Of a stretch of 41,184 bases of DNA, positions 21,301 to 29,174 are shown piece after piece. The notes under the pieces are model-generated. The model saw only the letters and a program-made list of their open reading frames with translations. It searched no databases and was not told where the DNA came from. The position numbers and the translations under genes were made by a program. The stretch's first letter is position 1, and each line of letters opens with the position of its first letter. The stretch comes from a virus (lineage: Duplodnaviria; Caudoviricetes): positions 1 to 41,184 of IMG/VR virus record IMGVR_UViG_3300032283_000962; one strand, written 5' to 3'.

Positions 21301-22010
21301 ATGGCGTTACAACGGGTGGCGATACAACAACTACCGGTGATGCAGCACAAACACCTACTAATCCTACTGCAACTGCAGGGCTTAATTTTGCACCAGGTGT
21401 AGATAAACGAATAAAACCAGGTATTGCAGATAAAGTAAAAGATGTTCAATCTGGTTTTGGTAAAGGATTATCAATTACTAGTGGATATAGAGATCCCGCT
21501 AGAAATGCAAGAGTTGGCGGGGCTTCTGGTTCTAAGCATCTAACCGGTGATGCAGTTGACATTAAATTTGCTGGTAATCAAGAAGATACTATTAATTTTA
21601 TTAAAGCGGCTTCTGCTAAAGGTCTTGGTGGTATCGGTGTTTATGGACCAGGGTTTGTGCACATTGATACTGGCGCAAAAAGAGTTTGGGGACCAGATTA
21701 TCGCGCTGGTAGTATACCAGCTTGGGCAAAAGCAGCACTTAATGATCATATGACAGGACAAATAACTGCTACACCAGCAGGTTCTTCTCCAACATCAGGT
21801 GCAGCTGTTGCCGAAGCTTCAGCACAAAATGATATGTCAATAAGATCACCATCATCAACACCATCAGTACAACCATCCAATTCCGGATCAGCAAACCCGG
21901 TTGCGCGATCTGAAAGTTCTTCAAGCCCAATTGATCCTAATAACCCCGGGCCACTGGAGCCTTCAGATGCCGGTCTTAGATATGCTAGATTGTTTAGCAT
22001 GGCGGCATAA
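18345..22010 (+). CDS. Large virion protein with a C-terminal peptidase M15 (Zn D,D-peptidase-like) domain
   Basis: ITSGYR.P.RN..VGGA..S.H..G.A.D and GGIGVY...FVHID motifs; low-complexity Thr/Pro/Ala linkers. Confidence 0.78.
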   Translation: MAKKPVAPKLADVVNSPEYKGMSDSVKQQIENALLESKGKPPLPKTSKKAISAEEILANPAMVKAVKEKIGEEAAEDFIKKADEKSKIDDTDKPIVVDKQNKVRKTKQKTRKQQELEQQENTQRSLKDFILGKGSKAFNKMFPQLGALMGGVYRGGDRSANNNTTAQTNTLSNASGTTAILSSIIDSQKTSVDILQQILTAIKATPRTPPPTTGQNQTPPPPASNQNQTPPASNQNQRSSTTPPVTGPRAQMNLGTAAATVAGGVAIAGAGYAAQQAISGSRQAEPIRNESGNWSRMGSDGQDFLVRYSSVDGKFTLNGREVDRETYARFRQLTLQRNQQDPRYARYLEEEQKGENPFFAESNAENRVNRERLREISELLQRVERLPLAPVPATTPAINAPQASQTSTTQPAATPAAAPGTEYDITTGMPIGAPAATPVVTPNATPVATPSPSATTEQSSNELTDQQKQFVDYFLRYNELQDNEEARSIAEYIVKRRNMPGSLPNIASRDLRILVFNELRRRADRMGGMLIDNKLVLPGRPLTAAQMSSIERAGVQHYPQYVIDQYNRQKSGNATPEPASETSTAATQQQIPEGATPVKSNDRVVGYMPEGGGPTVTFTDADRQTLEGARTQLTGSGSSATAAQPQQAQRVTEARTTENVNIQTFREKDPEGFQEFTDFVRNRQREIVREEIQKIPANADPVSASMYRTSIESQARSIAQQEGIERFKDRLNTAGARSSQTSINGNPITGPDATPVTPANNTTPTQPSGSIRMGREISESSRIETPSPAVSTSTTPTTNPAADQTENLATTSQRLDETKERITKAGTDVVAETEQRGIPTASITQRITNAQYKSAEKDDTIDATPLKSASQEAAEEDLRENRILNFKADEIFFKADKFEFEGGEEDEQDASKTTSNNAGGGGGGGADATPAPNTASTASTTAGGSSSSAGGANSPTVSTGSTTGGGADATAAPTDASSDTGGEGINGVTTGGDTTTTGDAAQTPTNPTATAGLNFAPGVDKRIKPGIADKVKDVQSGFGKGLSITSGYRDPARNARVGGASGSKHLTGDAVDIKFAGNQEDTINFIKAASAKGLGGIGVYGPGFVHIDTGAKRVWGPDYRAGSIPAWAKAALNDHMTGQITATPAGSSPTSGAAVAEASAQNDMSIRSPSSTPSVQPSNSGSANPVARSESSSSPIDPNNPGPLEPSDAGLRYARLFSMAA

Positions 22011-22038
22011 AAAAAGGGAGGCGAAAGCCTCCCTTTTC
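22009..22038. terminator. Bidirectional intrinsic terminator
   Basis: aaaaaaa-gggaggc-gaaa-gcctccc-tttt between convergent genes. Confidence 0.92.
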
Positions 22039-22042
22039 AGTA

Positions 22043-22975
22043 TTAACTTGCAAGTCGCTTAAAGAATTCCAAATCTTCACCATCGTCATCATCTGTATTA
22101 GTAGATGGTGTCGAGCGAGCAGATGCTTCACGTTGAGGTGCTGATTCCTTCCAGGGAAGTTCATCCTCATCATTCTGCTTCCGATTAGCAGCAGCCTGAC
22201 GAGAACCAGCAGGAGTACTTTCGTCAAGATTAAGAACCTTGTTCAACTTAGCCTTAAGTTCCTCATAGGTCTTAAAGTTAGAAGGAGAAAGGAATGCCTG
22301 CAGTGAATGTTCCTGCTTCCAAATAGCCTCAATTTGATTATCATTTTCAAAGAGAGGAGCAGCAGAAGCAAATTCAGACTTATCGTAATTGCGGTAACCT
22401 TCGACATTACGAATCTTAAGCTTGAAGTTAGCACCAGCCCATGGATCAAAAGGATTCATTGGCTCTTCATCCGCAAATTGAGGATTCATAGCTTCATTAA
22501 GCTTATCATAAATCTTCTTACCAAACTTGAACAGCTTAACCTTACCGTTATTTTCAGGATTAGCTTGGTCTTGAATGATATAGATATTGCTAATAAAAGT
22601 CAACTTGCGCTTTTGGGCACGCGCCTGTTTACGTGTTGGTGAATTATCATCCTCGGAAATATTCCAAAGCTTAGAATTTAATTCACCGACCGGATCGGTC
22701 TTACCAAGAGTTGTAAGAGAGTTTTCGATATACCAAAGACCAGTTGGGCCCTTGAATCCATGTTCGAACATGCGAATGAACGGAACATCTTCTTCACTGG
22801 GTGCTGGGAGGAATCGAATAACTGCAAAACCATTACCGGCCTTGTCTACATTAGGATACCAGAAACGGTCATCACCCTTGCTGGATTCACCTTGTGTATT
22901 GAGTTTAGCAAGTTCTGCGGTAAGCTTTTCAAGTGAGTTCTTACCAGAATTGCGCTTAAGTTGTGAAAAGTCCAT
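22043..22975 (-). CDS. gp32: Single-stranded DNA-binding protein gp32
   Basis: DDRFW....DK.GNG.AVIRFLPA, WYIENSLTTLG..DPV and GANFKLK motifs; acidic C-terminal tail. Confidence 0.96.
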   Translation of the reverse strand: MDFSQLKRNSGKNSLEKLTAELAKLNTQGESSKGDDRFWYPNVDKAGNGFAVIRFLPAPSEEDVPFIRMFEHGFKGPTGLWYIENSLTTLGKTDPVGELNSKLWNISEDDNSPTRKQARAQKRKLTFISNIYIIQDQANPENNGKVKLFKFGKKIYDKLNEAMNPQFADEEPMNPFDPWAGANFKLKIRNVEGYRNYDKSEFASAAPLFENDNQIEAIWKQEHSLQAFLSPSNFKTYEELKAKLNKVLNLDESTPAGSRQAAANRKQNDEDELPWKESAPQREASARSTPSTNTDDDDGEDLEFFKRLAS

Positions 22976-23045
22976 GTATATTCTCCGTATGTTTTGTATA
23001 TTTGTATGATTGTATATTTTGTATATGAGAGTAAACCCTCATAAC

Positions 23046-23053
23046 TATTTATA
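23046..23053 (-). promoter_or_regulatory. T4 late promoter TATAAATA upstream of gp32
   Basis: Exact consensus (plus-strand tatttata). Confidence 0.7.
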
Positions 23054-23059
23054 ATACCA

Positions 23060-23638
23060 CTAGACAGAGAAAAAGTCAACCAATAGTTTTTGGATTTTCT
23101 CTCTATCATACTTAATGAATGGTGTGTATTTCTTGATAAGAAGTTTAATCTCATCCCATACAACATCACCATTAAGCTCTTTATCCCAGTGCTTAAAACA
23201 TCTGGAAATATCCACCAATACACACAATGTTTCTGCTGATATAGAATCACTACAGAAAAGCTTAAGCAGTACTGGGTGTTGATTATCTCTGACTATGAAA
23301 TTTTCATTGAATGTTTCATCTAGTTTCTTAAGATCACCAGAAACCATATAAGTTAAAGATTGACTTCGTTTCAACCAGTCAAGATATGTTTGTTCAGCTG
23401 ATTCATCATAAGCTATTTCACGAATCCAGCATTTAGGATTCTGTATAAAATTGGCAAGCATAAGATTATGTGCGTCTCTATGCTTTGCAACTTTTTCAAA
23501 AAAGAATTTATCTTTGCGCTTATTAAAAGAGTCTACACTCCCGGATACTTTACCATTATATTTAAAGTAATCATAACCGGGAGAGTTAAAATGATTCCGA
23601 AGTGCAAGATAATCTTTATACACCTCGAATGAAGTCAT
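23060..23638 (-). CDS. gp59: Helicase loader gp59
   Basis: Y..YLAL.NHF....YDYFKY.GK......F.KRKDK.FF and I..ETL motifs; gp33-gp59-gp32 synteny. Confidence 0.88.
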   Translation of the reverse strand: MTSFEVYKDYLALRNHFNSPGYDYFKYNGKVSGSVDSFNKRKDKFFFEKVAKHRDAHNLMLANFIQNPKCWIREIAYDESAEQTYLDWLKRSQSLTYMVSGDLKKLDETFNENFIVRDNQHPVLLKLFCSDSISAETLCVLVDISRCFKHWDKELNGDVVWDEIKLLIKKYTPFIKYDREKIQKLLVDFFSV

Positions 23639-23856
23639 ACAGGCAACCGTGCAGTCTTCTTAAGAATATTCAGATTCTCTGCTTCACATGTGATATTAGA
23701 AAGAATTGTAGGGTCTTTCTTAATTAGTGATGCAGCATATTCGGGTTCAAGACTATTTACATCACACCAATGAATTACCGCATCAATAAATTCCATTCCC
23801 TTTTCTTCACACAGTTGTCGAATATCAGTCGAGAAATTAACATTTTTATTAATCAT
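23635..23856 (-). CDS. gp33: Late transcription coactivator gp33
   Basis: IDAV..WC....E...A.LI......I..EA..LN.LK...LP pattern; synteny. Confidence 0.82.
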   Translation of the reverse strand: MINKNVNFSTDIRQLCEEKGMEFIDAVIHWCDVNSLEPEYAASLIKKDPTILSNITCEAENLNILKKTARLPV

Positions 23857-24064
23857 TAGATAGTAACTCCGGAAAAAATTTAATTAATGCTTTAGTGAGA
23901 TAATGAACAAATGCATGATAACAAAAAATCCATAGAAAAAATAGATACATGTAACCAGCAAGAAATGGATATGCCGTATTATATGCTATACCTATAAAAA
24001 CAAAACTGAGTAATAGATATGCTAGACCACCAAGTTTATGACGTTCTGGAACTTCTTTTGCCAT
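23849..24064 (-). CDS. Hypothetical membrane protein with two hydrophobic helices
   Basis: Coupled ORF with two hydrophobic segments. Confidence 0.6.
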   Translation of the reverse strand: MAKEVPERHKLGGLAYLLLSFVFIGIAYNTAYPFLAGYMYLFFLWIFCYHAFVHYLTKALIKFFPELLSND

Positions 24065-24699
24065 CAGTCCCAGAGTGCCTCATAATACTTAGCAAAGAGA
24101 CGACGACCATTCGACATTCTTTCGCGATGTGCAGCAACCCCTACTTCATCAACCGTGAAAGTATCCTTGGGGCCTTTCTTCATCACACCATCTTCAAAAA
24201 GAACATCAGACTCACCGCTGTAATATTGCTCTTCCCAATTTGACATATGCTGTTCGAATGTCCAAATCATTTCATTGAGAACCCATTTCCAACGAGGAAG
24301 CCAATTTTCATCGGTATCACCTGAGTTCTTTTGATCTTCAGATAAAGCAGGAGCAGAAATAGCCCGAAGATCCAGAGGTACGTCCTCATCATCCACAAAT
24401 GGTGCACCATGTTTGTTCTTACCAAGCTCCTTGAGCATGGGAGCAATAATCATTGCTAGTGTGTGATCCATAGACCAAACATCATAGTCATCAATATGGA
24501 TATTGAGCTTGCGTTCCTTAAAGGTATCTACCCAACGACAGAACCGATAAAGAGCTGTATCAGTGCCATCCTTGTTTTTTGCCAACCAATCACCAAGTTT
24601 TTCTACTTGATCAGATTGTTTATCTTTCCAGAAAAGAATACCTTCCGCAATCTGATATGGACCAATGAAGTTTCTATAGGGCCCAAAATAGATCTTCAT
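24064..24699 (-). CDS. Conserved phage hypothetical protein
   Basis: 211-aa ORF with ID.YD.WSMDHTLA.II.PMLK.L and LF.KYY..LWD patterns; coupled to its neighbours. Confidence 0.75.
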   Translation of the reverse strand: MKIYFGPYRNFIGPYQIAEGILFWKDKQSDQVEKLGDWLAKNKDGTDTALYRFCRWVDTFKERKLNIHIDDYDVWSMDHTLAMIIAPMLKELGKNKHGAPFVDDEDVPLDLRAISAPALSEDQKNSGDTDENWLPRWKWVLNEMIWTFEQHMSNWEEQYYSGESDVLFEDGVMKKGPKDTFTVDEVGVAAHRERMSNGRRLFAKYYEALWD

Positions 24700-24875
24700 T
24701 CATATTCTCCTTCATATGTGCAAAAAGCACTGATCACCGTAGCACCTACATTATCCAAAACTGTCAATGCTGATATAGCATCACCAATACATTGACTAGG
24801 TGTGGTGGAAGCTAAATGAATATTCTTAACTTCTCCATTAAAAAGAAAAGTAATGAAGAGAAATGTAAAAAGCAT
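24696..24875 (-). CDS. Hypothetical protein with a hydrophobic N-terminus
   Basis: Likely start MLFTFLF at 24875, immediately after the upstream stop. Confidence 0.5.
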   Translation of the reverse strand: MLFTFLFITFLFNGEVKNIHLASTTPSQCIGDAISALTVLDNVGATVISAFCTYEGEYE

Positions 24876-24876
24876 T

Positions 24877-25287
24877 TTATGTCTCCGGTTTATTTGTTTT
24901 AAAATGACTATGATTATGGCAAGTTCTGCGATAACCACCATCATCTGTAGGGAAACCGCAATTTGCGTAATTATAACACTCAGGTTCGTCACAGATCAAA
25001 AGAGCAGACTTGAGTTCCTTGTTATCAAGGTTTTGTTTCTTGACAACTTCAGCAATATTTTCACGATATGAATAATCCAGTTCGTTTGTGATATTCATAC
25101 CACCTGCTGAATACAAAGGTACATATGCATCAAAATCAAAACCAAGACGATCATAAATCAAATATCGAAATGATCCTGGATCTTTTCCGTGTTCATCAAT
25201 CTTACTGATGACCCATGCAGCAATATCTAACTTAGTTTCATTATCGTATTTTGAGACCAATTCATCATAGTCAATTTCTTCGAACAT
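24877..25287 (-). CDS. Hypothetical protein with a Cys/His-rich C-terminus
   Basis: AAGGTG RBS; 136 aa. Confidence 0.7.
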   Translation of the reverse strand: MFEEIDYDELVSKYDNETKLDIAAWVISKIDEHGKDPGSFRYLIYDRLGFDFDAYVPLYSAGGMNITNELDYSYRENIAEVVKKQNLDNKELKSALLICDEPECYNYANCGFPTDDGGYRRTCHNHSHFKTNKPET

Positions 25288-25307
25288 ATATCACCTTTTT
25301 AAAATTA

Positions 25308-25380
25308 TGGGCCCTGCAGGACTCGAACCTGCAACCAAATTGTTATGAGCAATCCGCTCTGGCCATTGAGCTAAAGGCCC
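25308..25380 (-). tRNA. tRNA with CAT anticodon, probably Ile2 (lysidine type); CCA not encoded
   Basis: GGGCCTTTAGCTCAATGGCCAGAGCGGATTGCTCATAACAATTTGGTTGCAGGTTCGAGTCCTGCAGGGCCCA folds as a cloverleaf; the acceptor stem resembles Ile2 rather than fMet. Confidence 0.85.
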
Positions 25381-25386
25381 GAATTT

Positions 25387-25463
25387 TGGTGATCCCTGCT
25401 GGACTCAAACCAGCGACCCACAGATTAGAAGTCTGTTGCTCTATTCAGCTGAGCTAAGGGACC
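25387..25463 (-). tRNA. tRNA-Arg(UCU) with encoded CCA
   Basis: GGTCCCTTAGCTCAGCTGAATAGAGCAACAGACTTCTAATCTGTGGGTCGCTGGTTTGAGTCCAGCAGGGATCACCA. Confidence 0.92.
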
Positions 25464-25472
25464 AATATAGTT

Positions 25473-25501
25473 ATTATATCACACTTTTGAATGGTTGTCA
25501 A
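25473..25501 (-). promoter_or_regulatory. sigma70 promoter for the tRNAs
   Basis: TTGACA-17-TATAAT. Confidence 0.85.
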
Positions 25502-25504
25502 CCA

Positions 25505-25792
25505 TTAATTATAAGATTCTTGCAACTGAAAGACGGACCAATGAACACCTGGATTGCTTTCTGGCTTAAAAACACTGGCATAAGAGTCTTTACCACCAGC
25601 GAGACTAGGAACTGTTACAATGAAGCATCTTTCCATAGCACCCCAAGGTGTCTTAACTTTCTTATAATATCCATAAGAAGGTTCTAGACCATCCTTCTCG
25701 CCTTTCTTATTATAGCGATATCCTGGTACTTGTACTCGTTCACCATCAATAATAACATAGTCAAAGTTGGTGGTTTTATCTCGTTTTGCCAT
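25505..25792 (-). CDS. Hypothetical protein
   Basis: 95-aa ORF in the operon. Confidence 0.65.
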   Translation of the reverse strand: MAKRDKTTNFDYVIIDGERVQVPGYRYNKKGEKDGLEPSYGYYKKVKTPWGAMERCFIVTVPSLAGGKDSYASVFKPESNPGVHWSVFQLQESYN

Positions 25793-25796
25793 AATA

Positions 25797-26915
25797 TTAT
25801 GCCTTCAAAAGAACTGTATTTTCGTTAATACGATGTTGCAGGGTTGCTGTTTTTAACTTTTCCAAATTCTTGAGAAATGCCCTACGACCACTGCGGAAGA
25901 CCATTTCAATATTTATCTCGGTATTTTTAGCGATCCGATAAGTTTTACTCTTATCCTCATCATAATTTAGAATGGTAGTACCTTTCACATCTAGACCTGA
26001 TTCGGTCAGGGCAATAAACTGTGTGAGTGTCTTGTACTTTGTATTAAACGTCACCAATTCGCTAGAACCTAGGATCTTTTCAGGATTGATGGATACCACC
26101 TTAAAGTCTTTACTTTCGGCTTGGAACTTTAAATCCTTAAGTTTCTTATCAGCTGAAATTGTTTTCTTCTTACGGACGATTTGCTTCTTATTCGATGCAT
26201 GGCGCTGACAGTCCGCCACGATACCCAAGTAAAATGCCGCTCTCTTCTTCAACTCGGCACTGGTATAATGGTTATACCCCTCTTTGACCTTAGTGCTGGT
26301 GAGAGACAGATTAGCCTCTTCGGCGATTGGCGCGTAAAATTCCTCAACAATCTTTGCTTGGTTCGAGGGAATCTGTTTATTCTGCAGCCATTCATACATG
26401 GATAATGTCCATCCTGACTTATCTATGGCTTCCTCAAACTCACCGATAAAGTCGGATATTTTAGTGCTCGGTTTACGAACCTTAACAGTCACTTCCTCGG
26501 AGACTGGTTCATCCGTAATTTCCAATGCTTTATTCAAAGTCGACTTGGAAAACATTTCCGTCAACCGGAACCTAAACTTTTTTACATGGGGAATTTCAAG
26601 GATACCACCACGATTTAAAATTCGAGCATACCAAGCAGCTGTAACACTAATCCAAATATCCGGTACCGTTTTCAGCATTTCAAGATTAGTATCTTCACCT
26701 TGAATTTTGAAAAAATCTTGAAGATACTGACGAGCATCTGATCTGGTACACATATAATTATACCAACCGAAGATATTGGTTATAGTCATATCGTCAAGTT
26801 CAACAATACCATAAACGACCGGCTCTTCGCCCATGAACTTCAAATCAGCAATGTATTGTGCAGTTTTACCTACACGTTCATTCTTTTTAGGTTTGGGTTT
26901 AGTCAACCGAGCCAT
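25797..26915 (-). CDS. Conserved T4-like hypothetical protein
   Basis: 372 aa with SINP.KI.G...L..FNTKYK.L, L.VKGTTI.N.D and RINENT.LL motifs; AAGGA RBS and its own promoter. Confidence 0.8.
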   Translation of the reverse strand: MARLTKPKPKKNERVGKTAQYIADLKFMGEEPVVYGIVELDDMTITNIFGWYNYMCTRSDARQYLQDFFKIQGEDTNLEMLKTVPDIWISVTAAWYARILNRGGILEIPHVKKFRFRLTEMFSKSTLNKALEITDEPVSEEVTVKVRKPSTKISDFIGEFEEAIDKSGWTLSMYEWLQNKQIPSNQAKIVEEFYAPIAEEANLSLTSTKVKEGYNHYTSAELKKRAAFYLGIVADCQRHASNKKQIVRKKKTISADKKLKDLKFQAESKDFKVVSINPEKILGSSELVTFNTKYKTLTQFIALTESGLDVKGTTILNYDEDKSKTYRIAKNTEINIEMVFRSGRRAFLKNLEKLKTATLQHRINENTVLLKA

Positions 26916-26945
26916 CTTTGGTATATCCTTTTCGATTTATAAGTT

Positions 26946-26974
26946 ATTATATCATAAACTATGAGAGTTGTCAA
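26946..26974 (-). promoter_or_regulatory. sigma70 promoter
   Basis: TTGACA-17-TATAAT. Confidence 0.85.
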
Positions 26975-27284
26975 CCACTTTTTTATCAACCCTCTTCATG
27001 GTGTTGGCGCTTTCAGGGATAATAAACGCCTCAAATTCACGACCCCTGGTAACATATCCCATTCCGTATGCCATCTTCTCAGTAGAATCACCACTCAAAC
27101 TCTGAGCAATGATAGCAGCTGTGAATGAGTGATTTGCAAAACCGATCTTATAACAAGGGCCCCAAATTTCAGCGTTCAAATCATCAACATACTTACCGCC
27201 GGACTCGCCACACTCACAAGTCCTATCCATTTTTTTCTTGAGTTTAACTAGATCATGGCACTTCTCACAGAAAATAAGCTTCAT
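26952..27284 (-). CDS. Hypothetical protein with an N-terminal Zn-ribbon (CxxC...CxCG)
   Basis: GGAGG RBS; Cys pattern. Confidence 0.7.
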   Translation of the reverse strand: MKLIFCEKCHDLVKLKKKMDRTCECGESGGKYVDDLNAEIWGPCYKIGFANHSFTAAIIAQSLSGDSTEKMAYGMGYVTRGREFEAFIIPESANTMKRVDKKVVDNSHSL

Positions 27285-27592
27285 CGAACCTCCTTTGATA
27301 CAGTGCTATATGAAATCGTATTATCCCAACGATCAGCATTATGCTTATTCCGAAGAGCAGTAATATTTTGATCATGGGCAAGACTTTGTGCACTTATGCT
27401 AGTAAGAGCCCAGACCTCTTGTTCAATCTTATCCACAATGGTTGTCTTTCTCATAATCGTGGTTACAATGAACTTCTTGTTGTTCTTGTTCTTCTTGTGA
27501 CGCTTGATATATTCTTTTATGAATCCATAGGGTCTATTTTCCCAAATGTCATCAAGATCAGTACGAGAAACTTCCATGTGGTATACCTCCAA
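27281..27592 (-). CDS. Hypothetical protein; true start probably at about 27577
   Basis: GGAGG precedes the second Met. Confidence 0.65.
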   Translation of the reverse strand: MEVYHMEVSRTDLDDIWENRPYGFIKEYIKRHKKNKNNKKFIVTTIMRKTTIVDKIEQEVWALTSISAQSLAHDQNITALRNKHNADRWDNTISYSTVSKEVR

Positions 27593-27615
27593 AAGAGGGA
27601 GGGTTTCCCCTCCCT
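27591..27615 (-). terminator. Intrinsic terminator after the DUF932 gene
   Basis: AGGGAGGG-GAAA-CCCTCCCT-CTTTT on the minus strand. Confidence 0.8.
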
Positions 27616-27622
27616 GGTTGAT

Positions 27623-28573
27623 TTAGGCCGCTTCCGCCATTTCGATAGCGGTCTCAAGAGCACGAACCTTGAGGTTCTTGTTGGAACCATACCAGGCAGA
27701 AGTCATCCGGGTATCGGTAGAGCGACCGATGAGGTGATCGGTCATATAGGTAGTGGCATTAAACGCCTGCCACCAGGATCCTGCAGCATATTCAGCACCA
27801 GGCTGAGTCTCAAGAATACCAAGAGCGGTACGAGCATTCTTGGTGATATCCGAGCGCTTGGCATTTTCCGAGGCAGGGAACACACGCTTGAAGTACTCAA
27901 CCACGTTTTCATCACTGTAGCGCTTAGAGCCGAGGAACTGAGCCATTTCCTTGTACTGGGCAAGCTTTTCGGCAGCAACACCAAGCATCAGCTTAGTCTG
28001 ATCACCGTTAAACTCACGACGATGGCTGATCTTGACCATACGCTCGACCTTGGTATTGAGCGACAAAGTCAAGGTGTTGTTACACACCACACGGATCGGA
28101 GTGAACCGAACGTCAGTGCTGCAGCCATACTTATGGAAATTGGTAAAGTGCAAGTAAGAGTCGACCTTATCACCGCCGAAGAGTTCGAACGAATCTTTCA
28201 CCTTGGCAAGAGCCCAGACGATCTTGCCGTCACAGAGACTACCGGCGGTATGCATTTCCATATCACCTTCGGCAATGAAGTCATTGAAGAATTCAAAGGC
28301 CTCAGAGTTCTGCACAGGATTCCAGTCCTCGGAAACCACATCAATGATCTTTTCGTCGCTAGAGCGAACCAGAGCAGACCAACCGACATTAACATTCTTG
28401 CCAGCAACCTTAGCAAAGGCAGGGACCTTATTGACTTCCCAATTCAGACCAGCTGCATCAAGCATCTGTTCCGGAGTGAGGTCGGCAGGGACCCGAGTAC
28501 CCAGGCCATGCCAAGGCACATCACCGGCATATGCCATTTGAGCCTTACCGTCAACCATTTCGATATTATGCAT
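27623..28573 (-). CDS. DUF932-family phage/plasmid protein
   Basis: PWHGLG, AGL.W.V, PVQN.EAF.FF, TAGSL..G..VW.LA and TPIRVVC.NTL motifs; start MHNIEM after a GAAAGGG RBS. Confidence 0.88.
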   Translation of the reverse strand: MHNIEMVDGKAQMAYAGDVPWHGLGTRVPADLTPEQMLDAAGLNWEVNKVPAFAKVAGKNVNVGWSALVRSSDEKIIDVVSEDWNPVQNSEAFEFFNDFIAEGDMEMHTAGSLCDGKIVWALAKVKDSFELFGGDKVDSYLHFTNFHKYGCSTDVRFTPIRVVCNNTLTLSLNTKVERMVKISHRREFNGDQTKLMLGVAAEKLAQYKEMAQFLGSKRYSDENVVEYFKRVFPASENAKRSDITKNARTALGILETQPGAEYAAGSWWQAFNATTYMTDHLIGRSTDTRMTSAWYGSNKNLKVRALETAIEMAEAA

Positions 28574-28621
28574 TATATAAACCCTTTCATATGATGGGCG
28601 ATATGCCCCGTTAATAAAGTT

Positions 28622-28650
28622 ATTATAACAAACTTTGGGGGTAATGTCAA
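28622..28650 (-). promoter_or_regulatory. sigma70 promoter
   Basis: TTGACA-17-TATAAT. Confidence 0.85.
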
Positions 28651-28691
28651 CCAAAAAATTGCGGTTTTCAAAACTTTTTTGTTAACGTTTT

Positions 28692-28856
28692 TTAATCTTT
28701 GAGATCGTCTCTGAGTTGTTCATGAATATGTGGAACATACAACATAAGATCATATAATACTTTATTATGGTCGTAAACTTGACTTTTGATTTGATTGTCA
28801 GCAATAATTCTAATATTCCATGTCGATAGTGGAAAGATAATATCTTTAACTTTCAT
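28692..28856 (-). CDS. Micro-protein of the '..EQLxEDL' family
   Basis: MKVKDII...QIKSQVY...HIHEQLRDDLKD. Confidence 0.65.
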   Translation of the reverse strand: MKVKDIIFPLSTWNIRIIADNQIKSQVYDHNKVLYDLMLYVPHIHEQLRDDLKD

Positions 28857-29031
28857 TTTCTTCGTCTTCAAAAAATTGTTCTCTAATGTGGAACTCACAA
28901 TCAAGCATCTGACCAATATGTCTAAGTTCAAAAACTTCCATGAAGTTATGATATGCTACTTGTTTCCTAACCTCTATCTTAATAGCATGCTCAACATCAT
29001 CCATTATTTCAGCTATGGTTTGACTACACAT
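28846..29031 (-). CDS. Micro-protein of the '..EQLxEDL' family
   Basis: ...EVRKQVA...HIREQFFEDE; AAGGA RBS. Confidence 0.65.
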   Translation of the reverse strand: MCSQTIAEIMDDVEHAIKIEVRKQVAYHNFMEVFELRHIGQMLDCEFHIREQFFEDEENES

Positions 29032-29072
29032 TTCTTATATTCCTTTATATTATTCACATTGTGTCATTACTG

Positions 29073-29101
29073 ATTATAACACAACCATATGTCACTGTCA
29101 A
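29073..29101 (-). promoter_or_regulatory. sigma70 promoter
   Basis: TTGACA-17-TATAAT. Confidence 0.85.
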
Positions 29102-29114
29102 CAAAAAAATGCAC

Positions 29115-29148
29115 AAAAAAAGAGGGTGATAACTTAATACCACCCTCT
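29115..29148 (-). terminator. Intrinsic terminator after the DUF6745-like gene
   Basis: AGAGGGTG/CACCCTCT stem followed by a T-run on the minus strand. Confidence 0.75.
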
Positions 29149-29174
29149 GAGTTAAACCCAATATGTTTTAAAAA

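Noticed and set aside
27341-28594. 417-aa plus-strand ORF
   Set aside because: It is the antisense shadow of the DUF932 gene, which has the promoter, RBS, terminator and family motifs. Biased codon usage explains the open antisense frame.
28574-28654. N-terminal extensions such as MVDI...WYN in track ORFs (27623, 31681, 36047, 39584)
   Set aside because: They are translations of the promoter element itself. The true starts lie downstream of the RBS.
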